Assembly: GCA_023129325.1 (NCBI GenBank)
Contig: JAGMCI010000012.1
Span: 37,850-101,849 of the forward strand
Source of the DNA: a candidate division WOR-3 bacterium
Lineage (GTDB): Bacteria; Hydrothermota; UBA3073; JACQXS01; JAGMCI01
Length of the DNA stretch: 64,000 nt
Direction of reading: 5' to 3'
The notes under the pieces are model-generated. The model was not told the origin of the DNA. It was given only the letters and a program-made list of their open reading frames with translations, and did not search any database. Shown in pieces: positions 18,184-27,992 of this stretch. Both the position numbers and the translations under genes were made by a program. Each line of letters starts with the position of its first letter. Positions within the stretch are counted from its first letter, which is position 1.

Positions 18184-19368
18184 ATGGAGCGAAGTATAAG
18201 CATAAGGGATTACATCAAAGTAATAGTAAAGTGGCGTAAACTTATTATCTTAAATGTTCTCATCATTACTTCTCTTGCTGTAATTATTTCACTTATCATT
18301 CCTAAAAAATATACATCTACCGCATCACTACTCCCGCCTCTGCCAGGCACAGAAGCTTTTGGAGTAACTGGGATAAGCGGAATGACAGGTGCTTTAAGGG
18401 GATTATCTGGATTAACGGGTATTCCAGGTATTTCAGGAGGCACCACATCTGACTTATTTGCCGCCATTCTTGAATCGCGTCCTGTAATGGATGGAGTTAT
18501 TAAGGACTGCAATTTGAGAGATATATATAAAACAAAAACTATAAAAGCCACTTATGAAAAACTTAGTAAGCATACAGATATAAAAGTTCTTCCCGAAGAA
18601 ATAGTGACCATCGCCACAATAGCACCATCTCCCAAGCTTGCCAAACATATGGTAGACTCATATATCAAAAATCTTGATGATTTAAATAAGAATCTTGTAA
18701 TGAGCATAGGTAAGAAGAACCGAATTTTTCTTGAAGGAAGACTTAAGGAGGTCAAGAAAAATCTTGAGATAATTGAAGATTCTTTAAAAAGATTTCAAGA
18801 ACTTCATAAAACTGTATCCATAGAAGATGAACTTGAGCCTGTGCTTGAAGCAGTAAGTGACATTAAGGCACAAATTATTGCAAAAGAAGTAATTCTTGGC
18901 ATTCTTCAAAAGTATGCTACCGAAGAAAACCCTGAAGTAATTAAAGTAAAATCAGAATTAGATGAGCTTAATAAAAGATTACATAATATGGAATACAGTG
19001 GAGATAGTGAACATTTTGGGATTGGGTTTTCTGTTCCCTTTAAAAATGTCCCAAATGTTGGACTACAGCTTGCAAGACTTACAAGAGATGTGATGATTCA
19101 GGAAAAATTGTTTGCCTTCCTAACAGAACAATATGAACAAGCAAAGCTTCAAGAAGTAAAAGATACTCCCACAGTTAATATTCTTGAAAAACCCACTCTC
19201 CCAGAACGCAAGAGTCATCCAAAGCGAAGAACGATAGTCTTAATTGCTTTTGTATTTAGTCTATCAGTAGGTATTTTACTTGCTTTCTTCTTAAATTGGA
19301 CTCAAAATCTTGAACCAGAAGAAAAAGAAAAGTGGAAAGAGATAAGAATGATGCTAAAAAGAAAGTAA
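18184..19368 (+). CDS. Polysaccharide chain-length determinant (Wzz/GNVR family).
   Basis: N-terminal TM after IRDYIKVIVKWRKLI, a long coiled-coil periplasmic region and a C-terminal TM (RTIVLIAFVFSLSVGILLAFFL). Confidence 0.6.
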   Translation: MERSISIRDYIKVIVKWRKLIILNVLIITSLAVIISLIIPKKYTSTASLLPPLPGTEAFGVTGISGMTGALRGLSGLTGIPGISGGTTSDLFAAILESRPVMDGVIKDCNLRDIYKTKTIKATYEKLSKHTDIKVLPEEIVTIATIAPSPKLAKHMVDSYIKNLDDLNKNLVMSIGKKNRIFLEGRLKEVKKNLEIIEDSLKRFQELHKTVSIEDELEPVLEAVSDIKAQIIAKEVILGILQKYATEENPEVIKVKSELDELNKRLHNMEYSGDSEHFGIGFSVPFKNVPNVGLQLARLTRDVMIQEKLFAFLTEQYEQAKLQEVKDTPTVNILEKPTLPERKSHPKRRTIVLIAFVFSLSVGILLAFFLNWTQNLEPEEKEKWKEIRMMLKRK

Positions 19369-19371
19369 AAA

Positions 19372-19405
19372 AGAGTCAAGGAGTCAAGGTATCAAGGAGT
19401 CAAAG
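19372..19405 (+). repeat. Tandem octamer (AGTCAAGG)x4 in the intergenic region upstream of the dehydrogenase gene.
   Basis: agagtcaaggagtcaaggtatcaaggagtcaaag. Confidence 0.8.
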
Positions 19406-19436
19406 AAACCTTGAAACCTCGAACCCTTTCCTTTGA

Positions 19437-20822
19437 ATGCTTGAAGAAAAGATAAAGACAAAGCAAGCCAAAGTTTGCATAATTGGACTTGGTTATGTGG
19501 GGCTTCCACTGGCAATCCATTTTGCCAAAAATGGATTTAAAGTTTTGGGACTTGATATTAAAAAAGAACGAGTAAATCTTGTGAATCAGGGTAAAAGTTA
19601 TATTGAAGATGCATCAGAATTAGAGCTCAAAAAACTTGTAACCTCAAAGAGACTGAGTGCTACCTGGGACTATGCTAAAATCCCTGAATACGATGTAATC
19701 CAGATATGCGTTCCAACACCTGTAGATATTAATAAAGAACCCAATATTTCTTATTTAGTTGCTACTGCTGATGAAATTCAAAAAAGACTTCGTAAAGAAC
19801 AACTTATTATATTAAAAAGCACCAGTTTTCCAGAAACTACAGAAAATGTTCTCCTCCCAATACTTGAAAAATCAAGACTTTGTGCCAGAGGCACATCCCG
19901 ATTTGCATCGGGAAAAGTTGGTAAAGACTTTTATCTTGCTTTTTCACCTGAGAGAATAGACCCCGGGAACAAAAGGTTTACTACAGAAAATACTCCAACA
20001 GTTGTGGGAGGCATAACTCCGAAATGCACTAAACTTGCTACTCTTCTTTACAAGAGTGTTATAGATAAAGTGATTTCCGTTTCTTCCGCACGGGTGGCTG
20101 AAATGACAAAACTTCTTGAAAATACTTTTAGAAATGTAAACATAGCACTTGTAAATGAATTAGCTCAGTTATGTGAACGTATGAATATAAATATTTGGGA
20201 AGTAATAGATGCGGCGAAAACAAAACCATTTGGATTTATGCCATTTTATCCAGGACCAGGAGTTGGAGGACATTGTATTCCTATAGACCCTTATTATCTC
20301 TCCTGGAAAGCGCGTGAATATGATTTCCATACTTCATTTATAGAGCTATCTGCAAAAGTAAACGAATCAATGCCTTACTATGTGGCAAATAAAGTAATTG
20401 AAGCATTAAGCACGCAAGGGGTATGTCCATCAGCAGGAAAGATACTTATTTTAGGTGTCACATTTAAGCCTGATGTCAGAGACATTCGGGATTCACCTAT
20501 ATTAAAACTAATAAAAATTCTTGAACCACGCGTAAAAGAAATAATATATAATGACCCTTATATAAAAGAAATAGAAGTCCCTACAGGGACTGTCCCTCTG
20601 ACTTTAAAGGGACTGTCCCTATATAAGTCTAAGACATTAACTCAAAAACTATTAAAAAGCGTAGATTGCGTTATCATAGCCACCAACCACAAAGCCTATG
20701 ATTATCCCTGGCTTGTCCAGAACGCAAGTCTTATAGTAGACACCCGTAATGGCACAAAAGGCATTCCTGCCCGACGCCTCACGGGCGGGAAAGGAGGTAA
20801 TATAATAAGGCTTGGCTGTTAG
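19437..20822 (+). CDS. Nucleotide-sugar dehydrogenase (UDP-N-acetyl-D-mannosamine / UDP-glucose 6-dehydrogenase family). It has in-frame palindromic insertions at 20576-20620 and a GC-rich element at 20766-20789 in the C-terminus.
   Basis: IGLGYVGLP Rossmann motif. Catalytic region GFMPFYPGPGVGGHCIPID. C-terminal IPARRLTGGKGG is encoded by the GC-rich element. Confidence 0.8.
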   Translation: MLEEKIKTKQAKVCIIGLGYVGLPLAIHFAKNGFKVLGLDIKKERVNLVNQGKSYIEDASELELKKLVTSKRLSATWDYAKIPEYDVIQICVPTPVDINKEPNISYLVATADEIQKRLRKEQLIILKSTSFPETTENVLLPILEKSRLCARGTSRFASGKVGKDFYLAFSPERIDPGNKRFTTENTPTVVGGITPKCTKLATLLYKSVIDKVISVSSARVAEMTKLLENTFRNVNIALVNELAQLCERMNINIWEVIDAAKTKPFGFMPFYPGPGVGGHCIPIDPYYLSWKAREYDFHTSFIELSAKVNESMPYYVANKVIEALSTQGVCPSAGKILILGVTFKPDVRDIRDSPILKLIKILEPRVKEIIYNDPYIKEIEVPTGTVPLTLKGLSLYKSKTLTQKLLKSVDCVIIATNHKAYDYPWLVQNASLIVDTRNGTKGIPARRLTGGKGGNIIRLGC

Positions 20823-22171
20823 TGGAAAACACCAGTAAAAAGTCCCATTTATTTTTTACTTCAAACAAGTATTTTAAAGATAGCTCTTTAACTTTTTTAA
20901 CACAAATAGTTAACCTTCCTATTGGAATTATTACAGGTGTAATTATAGCACGGACATTTGGACCGCAGGGAAAAGGAGTAATTGACCTTGTGAAACTTTT
21001 TCCTTTTCTTTTAGCTCTATTTGGAAGTCTTGGTTTTGAACCAGGAAACGTGTATCTCTTAGGAAAACAAGCATATTCTTTCAAGAATGCAGAATCCAAC
21101 TCTCTTGCCCTATCTGTGGGAATAGGGATTATTCTTATTTTTTGTGCTTTTATATCAAGAAAATGGCTTGTTACAAATGTATTAAAGGGTATCACCCCCC
21201 TCTACTTTTATCTGGCCATTATTTCTGTGCCTTTTTTACTTTTTATTCGCTACTCTATTGCTAACTTTCAGGGTATATCCGAATTCAAAAAATTGAATTT
21301 ACTTAATTTCGCTAATTCTGTAAGCCGATTAATGTTTATCATCCTTTTTGTAGTAATTCTAAAATGGGGAGTATATGGAGGTGTTTTATCATTTACAATT
21401 TCAGCAATAGCCACATCTGCCTTCGCATCATTTATATTTTTAGAAATAAGGACTTCTAAGTTCTCACCTAATATTAGTTTGATGAAGGATTCATTTAATT
21501 ATGGGATTAAAGCCCATATTGGAAACGTGTTTCAATTTTTTAACTACAGATTCGATATTTTCATTGTAAGTTATTTTCTTGGATTAAAGGAAGTAGGATT
21601 TTATGCATTGGCAGTGGTAATTGCTGAACTTCTATGGTATATTCCTATGGCTTTTTCCGTCACTCTTTTCCCAAAAATTGCTGGATTGGATGCAATAAAG
21701 GCTAACGAATTTACAGCTAAAGTCTGTCGTACCGTCCTTTTAATTACTATAGGGGGTGCATTTTTCTTGGCTGCAATTTCTAAACCCCTTGTTTTTATTC
21801 TGTATGGCAAAATTTTTTATCCCTCTTTGACTCCTTTACGAATTTTGCTCCCTGGTATAGTTACGTTAGGACTAACTAAACTCTTAACAAGCCATTTAGC
21901 AGGACGTGGAAAACCTTATTCTATTACATATCTGAGTGGTATTTCTCTTGTATTTACTGTATTTCTTGATTTCATCCTAATCCCGAAATGGGGTATAGCT
22001 GGAGCTGCATTTGCAACAACTGTATCATATACTATCTCAGGAGTATTAGCTGTTCTTTGGTTCACAAAAGATTCACAAAAGTCCTTGAGAGATACCCTTA
22101 TTCCTCGAAAAAGTGACTTAAGAGAATACAAAAAGCATTTTCTCAACATTTTTAAAAAAACACGCCTATGA
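20822..22171 (+). CDS. Polysaccharide/O-antigen flippase (Wzx, MOP superfamily).
   Basis: ~12-14 TM segments. GTG start. Typical position in a polysaccharide locus. Confidence 0.6.
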   Translation: MENTSKKSHLFFTSNKYFKDSSLTFLTQIVNLPIGIITGVIIARTFGPQGKGVIDLVKLFPFLLALFGSLGFEPGNVYLLGKQAYSFKNAESNSLALSVGIGIILIFCAFISRKWLVTNVLKGITPLYFYLAIISVPFLLFIRYSIANFQGISEFKKLNLLNFANSVSRLMFIILFVVILKWGVYGGVLSFTISAIATSAFASFIFLEIRTSKFSPNISLMKDSFNYGIKAHIGNVFQFFNYRFDIFIVSYFLGLKEVGFYALAVVIAELLWYIPMAFSVTLFPKIAGLDAIKANEFTAKVCRTVLLITIGGAFFLAAISKPLVFILYGKIFYPSLTPLRILLPGIVTLGLTKLLTSHLAGRGKPYSITYLSGISLVFTVFLDFILIPKWGIAGAAFATTVSYTISGVLAVLWFTKDSQKSLRDTLIPRKSDLREYKKHFLNIFKKTRL

Positions 22172-23388
22172 ATGTAATATATATTACATTTGGAGAACTT
22201 ATCTCTGGAGGAATATTGAGAACACAGGTTATAAGCTTACTTTATAAAATGGCTCAAAGAATGAAAAATAAAAGTAATTTGCTTTTGATTTCTTTTATAC
22301 CATTGCGAAGTTTTATAACAGATAGAGTAGAAAATCTTAAAGTTAAGGAAAAATTTGGTTTACATAACTTTCATATATGGATTATGCCTATTCCATTATT
22401 CTGTAGATTTTTTTATATGCCAATCTGGTTATTACCTATTCTTTTTTGCTGGACTATTCCTTTTTTATTCTATATAAGCTTAAACTATAAAATAAACCTA
22501 ATCCATGCACGTAGCTATCCTGCGGCTTTGTTTTCTTCTATACTCACGAAATTTGTTGGATGCAGTTTAATATTTGATCCTCGGGGGTTATATCCAGAAG
22601 AAAGCGTTCTTTATAGAAAGTCTTCGTATAACTCAATGAGCTATAAACTATGGAAGAAAATTGAGAAAAAATTATTGCAAGAAGCTCATCAAACTGTAGT
22701 TGTATCTCAGACTTTTGCTGAACATATTAAAAAAATTGAAGATAATGCAAATATATATGTCATTCCATGTTGTGTAAATACAGAGGTGTTCAAACAGGAT
22801 AAAAGAATTCGTTACAAATATCGCAAAAAATACGGATTTAAAGAGAAATTTGTTCTCTTATATTCTGGAGGAACTGGAGGATGGTATGATTTGGGACCGA
22901 TGGTAGATTATTTCCTTCATTTTAAAAAAATTGCACTAAATGCTCATTTACTGATTTTAACTCCAAAGGTTAGTATACAATTAGAGAAAATACTGAAAGA
23001 GAAAATACAAGATGACGAATATACTATTATAATCCCAAGATATAGAGAGATTCCTAACTTACTTTTGATGGGAGATGTGGGGTTGTTTTTTTTACCTTAT
23101 TGTGATATGAGTCACACCCTTCTTTCTATAAAGGTTGGAGAATATTTAGCTTGCGGACTTCCTGCTATTGTGAGTTCAACAATAGGAGAAGCAAGCCGAC
23201 TTATAAATAAGTACGATTGTGGTATTGCAGTAAATTTAAATAAAAGTAGAACGTCATTTGATAAAGAGCTTGTGTTACTAAAAAACTATAGAACAATGCA
23301 AAAAAATGGAATTTTGTTAGTCAATGATTATCTCTCTATAGAAAAGTGTGCAGAAAAATACTTAAATCTTTATAATAAATTAGCATAG
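22168..23388 (+). CDS. Glycosyltransferase (GT-B fold, group-1-like).
   Basis: Membrane-associated N-terminus and a C-terminal GT-B-like region (…EYLACGLPAIVSST…). Lies within the glycosyltransferase run. Confidence 0.45.
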   Translation: MNVIYITFGELISGGILRTQVISLLYKMAQRMKNKSNLLLISFIPLRSFITDRVENLKVKEKFGLHNFHIWIMPIPLFCRFFYMPIWLLPILFCWTIPFLFYISLNYKINLIHARSYPAALFSSILTKFVGCSLIFDPRGLYPEESVLYRKSSYNSMSYKLWKKIEKKLLQEAHQTVVVSQTFAEHIKKIEDNANIYVIPCCVNTEVFKQDKRIRYKYRKKYGFKEKFVLLYSGGTGGWYDLGPMVDYFLHFKKIALNAHLLILTPKVSIQLEKILKEKIQDDEYTIIIPRYREIPNLLLMGDVGLFFLPYCDMSHTLLSIKVGEYLACGLPAIVSSTIGEASRLINKYDCGIAVNLNKSRTSFDKELVLLKNYRTMQKNGILLVNDYLSIEKCAEKYLNLYNKLA

Positions 23389-23389
23389 G

Positions 23390-24751
23390 ATGAATACTAT
23401 CGCAAACATTGTGGTTTTTGATACACCCCTTCAGAGAAAAAGTTTCTTATTTTTGTTAGGGATTCAATTAGTGTTTGTATATCTGATTAGTATAGAATTG
23501 GATTTAGGGATAAAACTATTTTTAATCGTATTAGGAATATCTATGCTTTTTCTTATAATGGTAGTCCCGTTTTATGCACTGCCTTTATTATACTTTTCTG
23601 TCTTCATTGGCCCCCTTGTTGCTGTCAGAATAGCAGGTAGGGTTCCTCTATTGGACTGCATAGATATATTATTACCACTAGTCATTGGTATTTTACTTCT
23701 ACGAAGGTTTCTGCAAGAAAAAGATTTCTTTCAGTTTCACATCTCACATATAGGTAGGGCTTTTATTCTTTTTTTACTTTGCATCCTTTTATCAAGCTTT
23801 GGGGCTATCAATCGTCTACGAGCATTAATGGATTGGAAGGGTTATTTATGGGGGTTTTTATTATATCTTTTAGGTTACACTCTCACAACAAATAAGAAGA
23901 AAAGTAAAAATTTTTTCTATTTCTTGGCATCTTGGGGAAGTATCCTTACATTATTGGTTATTCATTCTATATTACAAACAGAGAATCTTATGAGAGCAAT
24001 AGTTACTAGGGCAGTCAATTTAAGTTGGGGACAAACAAATTACATAGCTGCTTTCTATGTAGTCTTAATCCCAATAGTAATTTCGCTCATTTTTAATGAA
24101 AAACTAATGTGGAGAAAATCACTGTTTTTACTCATTACATTGTTTTTATTCTCCGGATTAATTTTTACTAGTTCTCGAGGAGGAATGATTGCAACTATGG
24201 TGGCTATATTTATACTATTGGCTGGTTTGCTGCGGAGAAATTTATCTCTCCAACTTGTATCAGTGATTGGATTTATAATCTTGGTTGTATGGCTACATCC
24301 AGCATCAAAGTTTCTTATTTTAAGGTTTGTAGATTTTCAGACTAGCATTTCTGCTTTAACACGAATAGTAAGATGGGAAGAAACTTGGCATGTTTTTAAG
24401 AGTCATCCGATTTTTGGAGTCGGGCTTGAGAATTTATGTTATCATTTGCAACATTTCTCTTATTTGATATTAAGCGCTCATAATCTTATTTTAGAAGCCC
24501 TATCACAAACGGGAATTATTGGTCTCTTTGGTCTTATGTTTCTTTTCTTTAGCACATTCAAAATGTTGCTCAAGAATTATCGGATTACCAGAAATCCTTT
24601 AGCATGGGGTGTCTTCTCTGGAGCACTTGGAGCAGTGATACATTCAATGGTTGAACCAAATTTTGGAGGAACTCGATTTGCCATTTTCTTTTGGGGAATC
24701 ATAGGAGTTACAGAAAAAATGCTTATGTACAGAAAAAAAGATATAAAATGA
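23390..24751 (+). CDS. O-antigen polymerase/ligase family protein (Wzy/WaaL-like).
   Basis: Polytopic membrane protein with the O-antigen-ligase-like loop FTSSRGGMIATMVAIFIL. Confidence 0.6.
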   Translation: MNTIANIVVFDTPLQRKSFLFLLGIQLVFVYLISIELDLGIKLFLIVLGISMLFLIMVVPFYALPLLYFSVFIGPLVAVRIAGRVPLLDCIDILLPLVIGILLLRRFLQEKDFFQFHISHIGRAFILFLLCILLSSFGAINRLRALMDWKGYLWGFLLYLLGYTLTTNKKKSKNFFYFLASWGSILTLLVIHSILQTENLMRAIVTRAVNLSWGQTNYIAAFYVVLIPIVISLIFNEKLMWRKSLFLLITLFLFSGLIFTSSRGGMIATMVAIFILLAGLLRRNLSLQLVSVIGFIILVVWLHPASKFLILRFVDFQTSISALTRIVRWEETWHVFKSHPIFGVGLENLCYHLQHFSYLILSAHNLILEALSQTGIIGLFGLMFLFFSTFKMLLKNYRITRNPLAWGVFSGALGAVIHSMVEPNFGGTRFAIFFWGIIGVTEKMLMYRKKDIK

Positions 24752-25698
24752 CAGCGCTTTCTATTATTATTGTAAATTTCAATACAAAGGAAGCTTTAAG
24801 GCACTGCTTAGAATCTATCATTAAAAATACTAACAGGCTTAATTACGAAATTTTGGTGGTAGATAACCACTCGTCTGATAAGAGTATCAAGATGGTAAAA
24901 AGAAAATTTCCACAGGTTGGCTTAATTGAAAATAAGGAAAATATTGGGTTCTCACGAGCGAACAATCAAGCAATTTATAAAGCTAAAGGTAAATATATTT
25001 TATTTCTTAATCCTGATACTATTATAGTAGATAATGCTATAGGAAAAATGTTCATGGTTATTGAGTCGCATCCCAAAATAGGAATATTGGGATGTAAGAT
25101 TTTAAACCCCGATGGCTCAACACAGTGGATTTCCTGCGGAAAATTTCTCACTCCTCTTACTCTCTTTCTTTGGCAAACACTTTTGGAAAAATTATTTAAT
25201 AAGAGTAAATTGTTTGGAGGACGAGAGATGAGATATTGGATAAGGAATACAAATAGAGCAGTAGATTGGGTCTCGGCTGTGAGTATGATTGTGAGACGTA
25301 AAGTAATCCAAGATATAGGTATGTTTGATGAAAACTTTTTTTCTTATCTTGAGGACGCAGAATTTTGTTATCGCGCCAAGGAAAAGAAATGGAAAGTCTA
25401 TTTTCTTGCAGATGCATCAATCATACACTTGCTTAGCCAAAGTTGGAATCTTTTTCCAAAAGAAGGGCTCATACAGACCCTGGAAAGTACATCTATATTC
25501 TTCACAAAACATTATGGGAAATTTAGCGATTTCTTTTGTAAATTACTTATTTTTTATGGTTCGTCTCTCAGACTTTCCATTTGGATAATTCATCTTTTGA
25601 TTACAAAAAAGGCAAGTTACAGAAAGAAGGTTAAAATACATAAAGAGATTTTAAAATGGTGTCTAAAAAATATATTCCTGGCCAAAAAAGAGAAATGA
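24748..25698 (+). CDS. Glycosyltransferase family 2.
   Basis: LSIIIVNFNTKEALRHCLESI...VVDNHSSDKS and DxD-like region FLNPDTII. The start is taken at the ATG overlapping the upstream stop. Confidence 0.7.
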   Translation: MTALSIIIVNFNTKEALRHCLESIIKNTNRLNYEILVVDNHSSDKSIKMVKRKFPQVGLIENKENIGFSRANNQAIYKAKGKYILFLNPDTIIVDNAIGKMFMVIESHPKIGILGCKILNPDGSTQWISCGKFLTPLTLFLWQTLLEKLFNKSKLFGGREMRYWIRNTNRAVDWVSAVSMIVRRKVIQDIGMFDENFFSYLEDAEFCYRAKEKKWKVYFLADASIIHLLSQSWNLFPKEGLIQTLESTSIFFTKHYGKFSDFFCKLLIFYGSSLRLSIWIIHLLITKKASYRKKVKIHKEILKWCLKNIFLAKKEK

Positions 25699-26834
25699 AG
25701 GTGCTCATAATAGCAAGATATTTTTATCCTCCAAGAAGGGGTGCAGAAAGAGCATTAATGACTTTAGCAAAGGAATTAGCAAGAAATAATACTGTTTTTG
25801 CTCTATGCTACGGAAAAGGAGATATGTTCCTGTATAAAGAAATCTTGATACATCAAAAAGCTCTATTTATTGAGAGAAAAACTTCTTATCTGAAAAGTAT
25901 TTTGAATATTAAGAAATGGGAGAAAGTAATAGATAAAGAAGTTAAAGAAATTAAACCCGATTTAATCTTAACTCAACTTGTACTTTCTACTTTAAGTATA
26001 AAAATAGCTCAAAAATACGCAATTTCTTCATTTGTGTTCCTTCATAGTTATGAACCATTTTGTTTCAACGCATTTGTGAATGGGACAGATTGTGACAAGA
26101 AATGTTTTAAATGTTTCAAAACTCCTAAAGAAAAAATAAAACATATATTCTACAAAGAAGAACTAAGGTGGTATAAATTTGTACTCAAGAAAGCTACTTT
26201 AGTAATATCAAATAGTAAATTTATGCGTGATTTGTGTAAAAGGTGGTATGGAATTGAATCTACAGTTATTTCCCCTTTTATTCAGTTAAAAGATTATCTT
26301 TGCAATAACAGTTCCTTGAGAGAAAAGGTAACTTTTATAATCCCGGAAGTAATTAAAGGAGCAAAGATTTTCTTAGAATTATCAAAAATTTTAAAAAGTA
26401 GAAAATTTTTAGTGATAGGTAAAGCAAAAGAAAACGATATTAAAAAAGAGTTAAAATCTATTCCTAATGTAGAATATATTGAAGAAATAGAAAATATGAA
26501 GAGAGTATATAGAAGAACAAAAATCTTAATTGCACCTTCAATTTGCCCAGAACCATTTAGTAGAGCCTGTGTAGAAGCTATGGCAAATGGAATCCCATGC
26601 ATTGTAAGCAACAGAGGTGGATTGCCCGAAGTGGTTGGAAATGCAGGAATTATTATTGAGAACCCTTATGATATAGATAGTTGGATTAGAGCTATAAAGA
26701 GTCTTGAAAATGATAAATTATATCTTAAGCTTTCGTTACGTTCAAAAAGACAGGCAAAAAAATTTGCATTTGAGTTATCCTATAAAAAATTTATGAAATT
26801 AACTGAACACTATGCATCAAATGTTAGCTCCTAA
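25695..26834 (+). CDS. Glycosyltransferase family 4 (group 1).
   Basis: C-terminal EPFSRACVEAMANGIPCIVSNRGGLPEVVG matches the GT4 E-x7-E region. ATGA overlap with the upstream gene. Confidence 0.7.
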   Translation: MKVLIIARYFYPPRRGAERALMTLAKELARNNTVFALCYGKGDMFLYKEILIHQKALFIERKTSYLKSILNIKKWEKVIDKEVKEIKPDLILTQLVLSTLSIKIAQKYAISSFVFLHSYEPFCFNAFVNGTDCDKKCFKCFKTPKEKIKHIFYKEELRWYKFVLKKATLVISNSKFMRDLCKRWYGIESTVISPFIQLKDYLCNNSSLREKVTFIIPEVIKGAKIFLELSKILKSRKFLVIGKAKENDIKKELKSIPNVEYIEEIENMKRVYRRTKILIAPSICPEPFSRACVEAMANGIPCIVSNRGGLPEVVGNAGIIIENPYDIDSWIRAIKSLENDKLYLKLSLRSKRQAKKFAFELSYKKFMKLTEHYASNVSS

Positions 26835-26855
26835 GTTGCGAAGTAAACATTAATT

Positions 26856-27992
26856 ATGCGAATAGGAATTGATGCAAGAGGTATATATAAAGAATTGGAT
26901 GGAATAGGAAGGTTTGGGATAAACCTTTTAAGAGAACTTGCGCATCTGGACAGCTTTAATGAATACATCGTTTATAAAAACCCTGAAATGAATTCCTCGA
27001 TTGTTAGTAAGCCTAATTTTACAGAAAGGATAATCAATATTCCGAGATTTACAATAAAAGAACAAGTTGTATTGCCTGAAATATTTAAAAAAGACAAGTT
27101 AGACATTTTTCATTGTTTACATAATGTTTTACCTGTCTTTTATTATGGGAAATCCATAGTTACTATCTATGATATTATGACAATTGCCTTCCCATGGTTC
27201 TATGAGGCATTCCCATTGATAAAGAGATATATAGGATTCTTTTACTTTAAATTGTCTGTGGGGTTAAGTGCAAAAAAAGCAAGTAAGGTGATAGTTACTT
27301 CAAAGTATACAAAAAAAGAAGTTATGCGATACCTGAATCTTGAGAGAGAAAAGGTTAAAATTTGCAGTGCAGCAGTGGATAAAGTATTTAAACCCATTAA
27401 TGACAATAATCTGCTTAATAATGTTCTTGAAAAATACAAAATTAGTGAGTCGTTCATTTTATATACAGGTAATTTTAAACCTTATAAAAATTTAAAAAGG
27501 ATTATTAAGGCATACGATTTGCTTTTGAAAAGAAGGAGACCATTGCCTAAATTAGTTATTGGTGGTTATGATAAAAAGTATGAAAAGCCAATTAAGGAGT
27601 TTGTTATGAAAAATGGACTTGAAGAAGAAATAGTTTTTACGGGATATATAGAGAGAAATGATTTACCATTATTAATGAATCAAGCTTTATTCTTTGTCTT
27701 TCCATCTATATATGAGGGATTTGGATTGCCACCATTAGAAGCTATGGCATGCGGAACTCCTGTTATTACATCAAATACTTCTTCGCTACCAGAGGTAGTT
27801 GGCGATGCGGCAGTTCTGGTTAACCCTTATAATATAAAAGAAATCGCAGATGCAATTGAAAATGTGCTTACAAATAAAAAACTTCGCGAGAAGTTGATTT
27901 CTAAGGGCCTTGAACGAGTTAAACTCTTCTCATGGGAGAAATGTGCAAAAGAGACATTAAAAGTGTACGAAGAAGTTTATAATGAAAAATGA
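26856..27992 (+). CDS. Glycosyltransferase family 4 (group 1).
   Basis: [38 protein letters not shown]. Confidence 0.75.
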   Translation: MRIGIDARGIYKELDGIGRFGINLLRELAHLDSFNEYIVYKNPEMNSSIVSKPNFTERIINIPRFTIKEQVVLPEIFKKDKLDIFHCLHNVLPVFYYGKSIVTIYDIMTIAFPWFYEAFPLIKRYIGFFYFKLSVGLSAKKASKVIVTSKYTKKEVMRYLNLEREKVKICSAAVDKVFKPINDNNLLNNVLEKYKISESFILYTGNFKPYKNLKRIIKAYDLLLKRRRPLPKLVIGGYDKKYEKPIKEFVMKNGLEEEIVFTGYIERNDLPLLMNQALFFVFPSIYEGFGLPPLEAMACGTPVITSNTSSLPEVVGDAAVLVNPYNIKEIADAIENVLTNKKLREKLISKGLERVKLFSWEKCAKETLKVYEEVYNEK

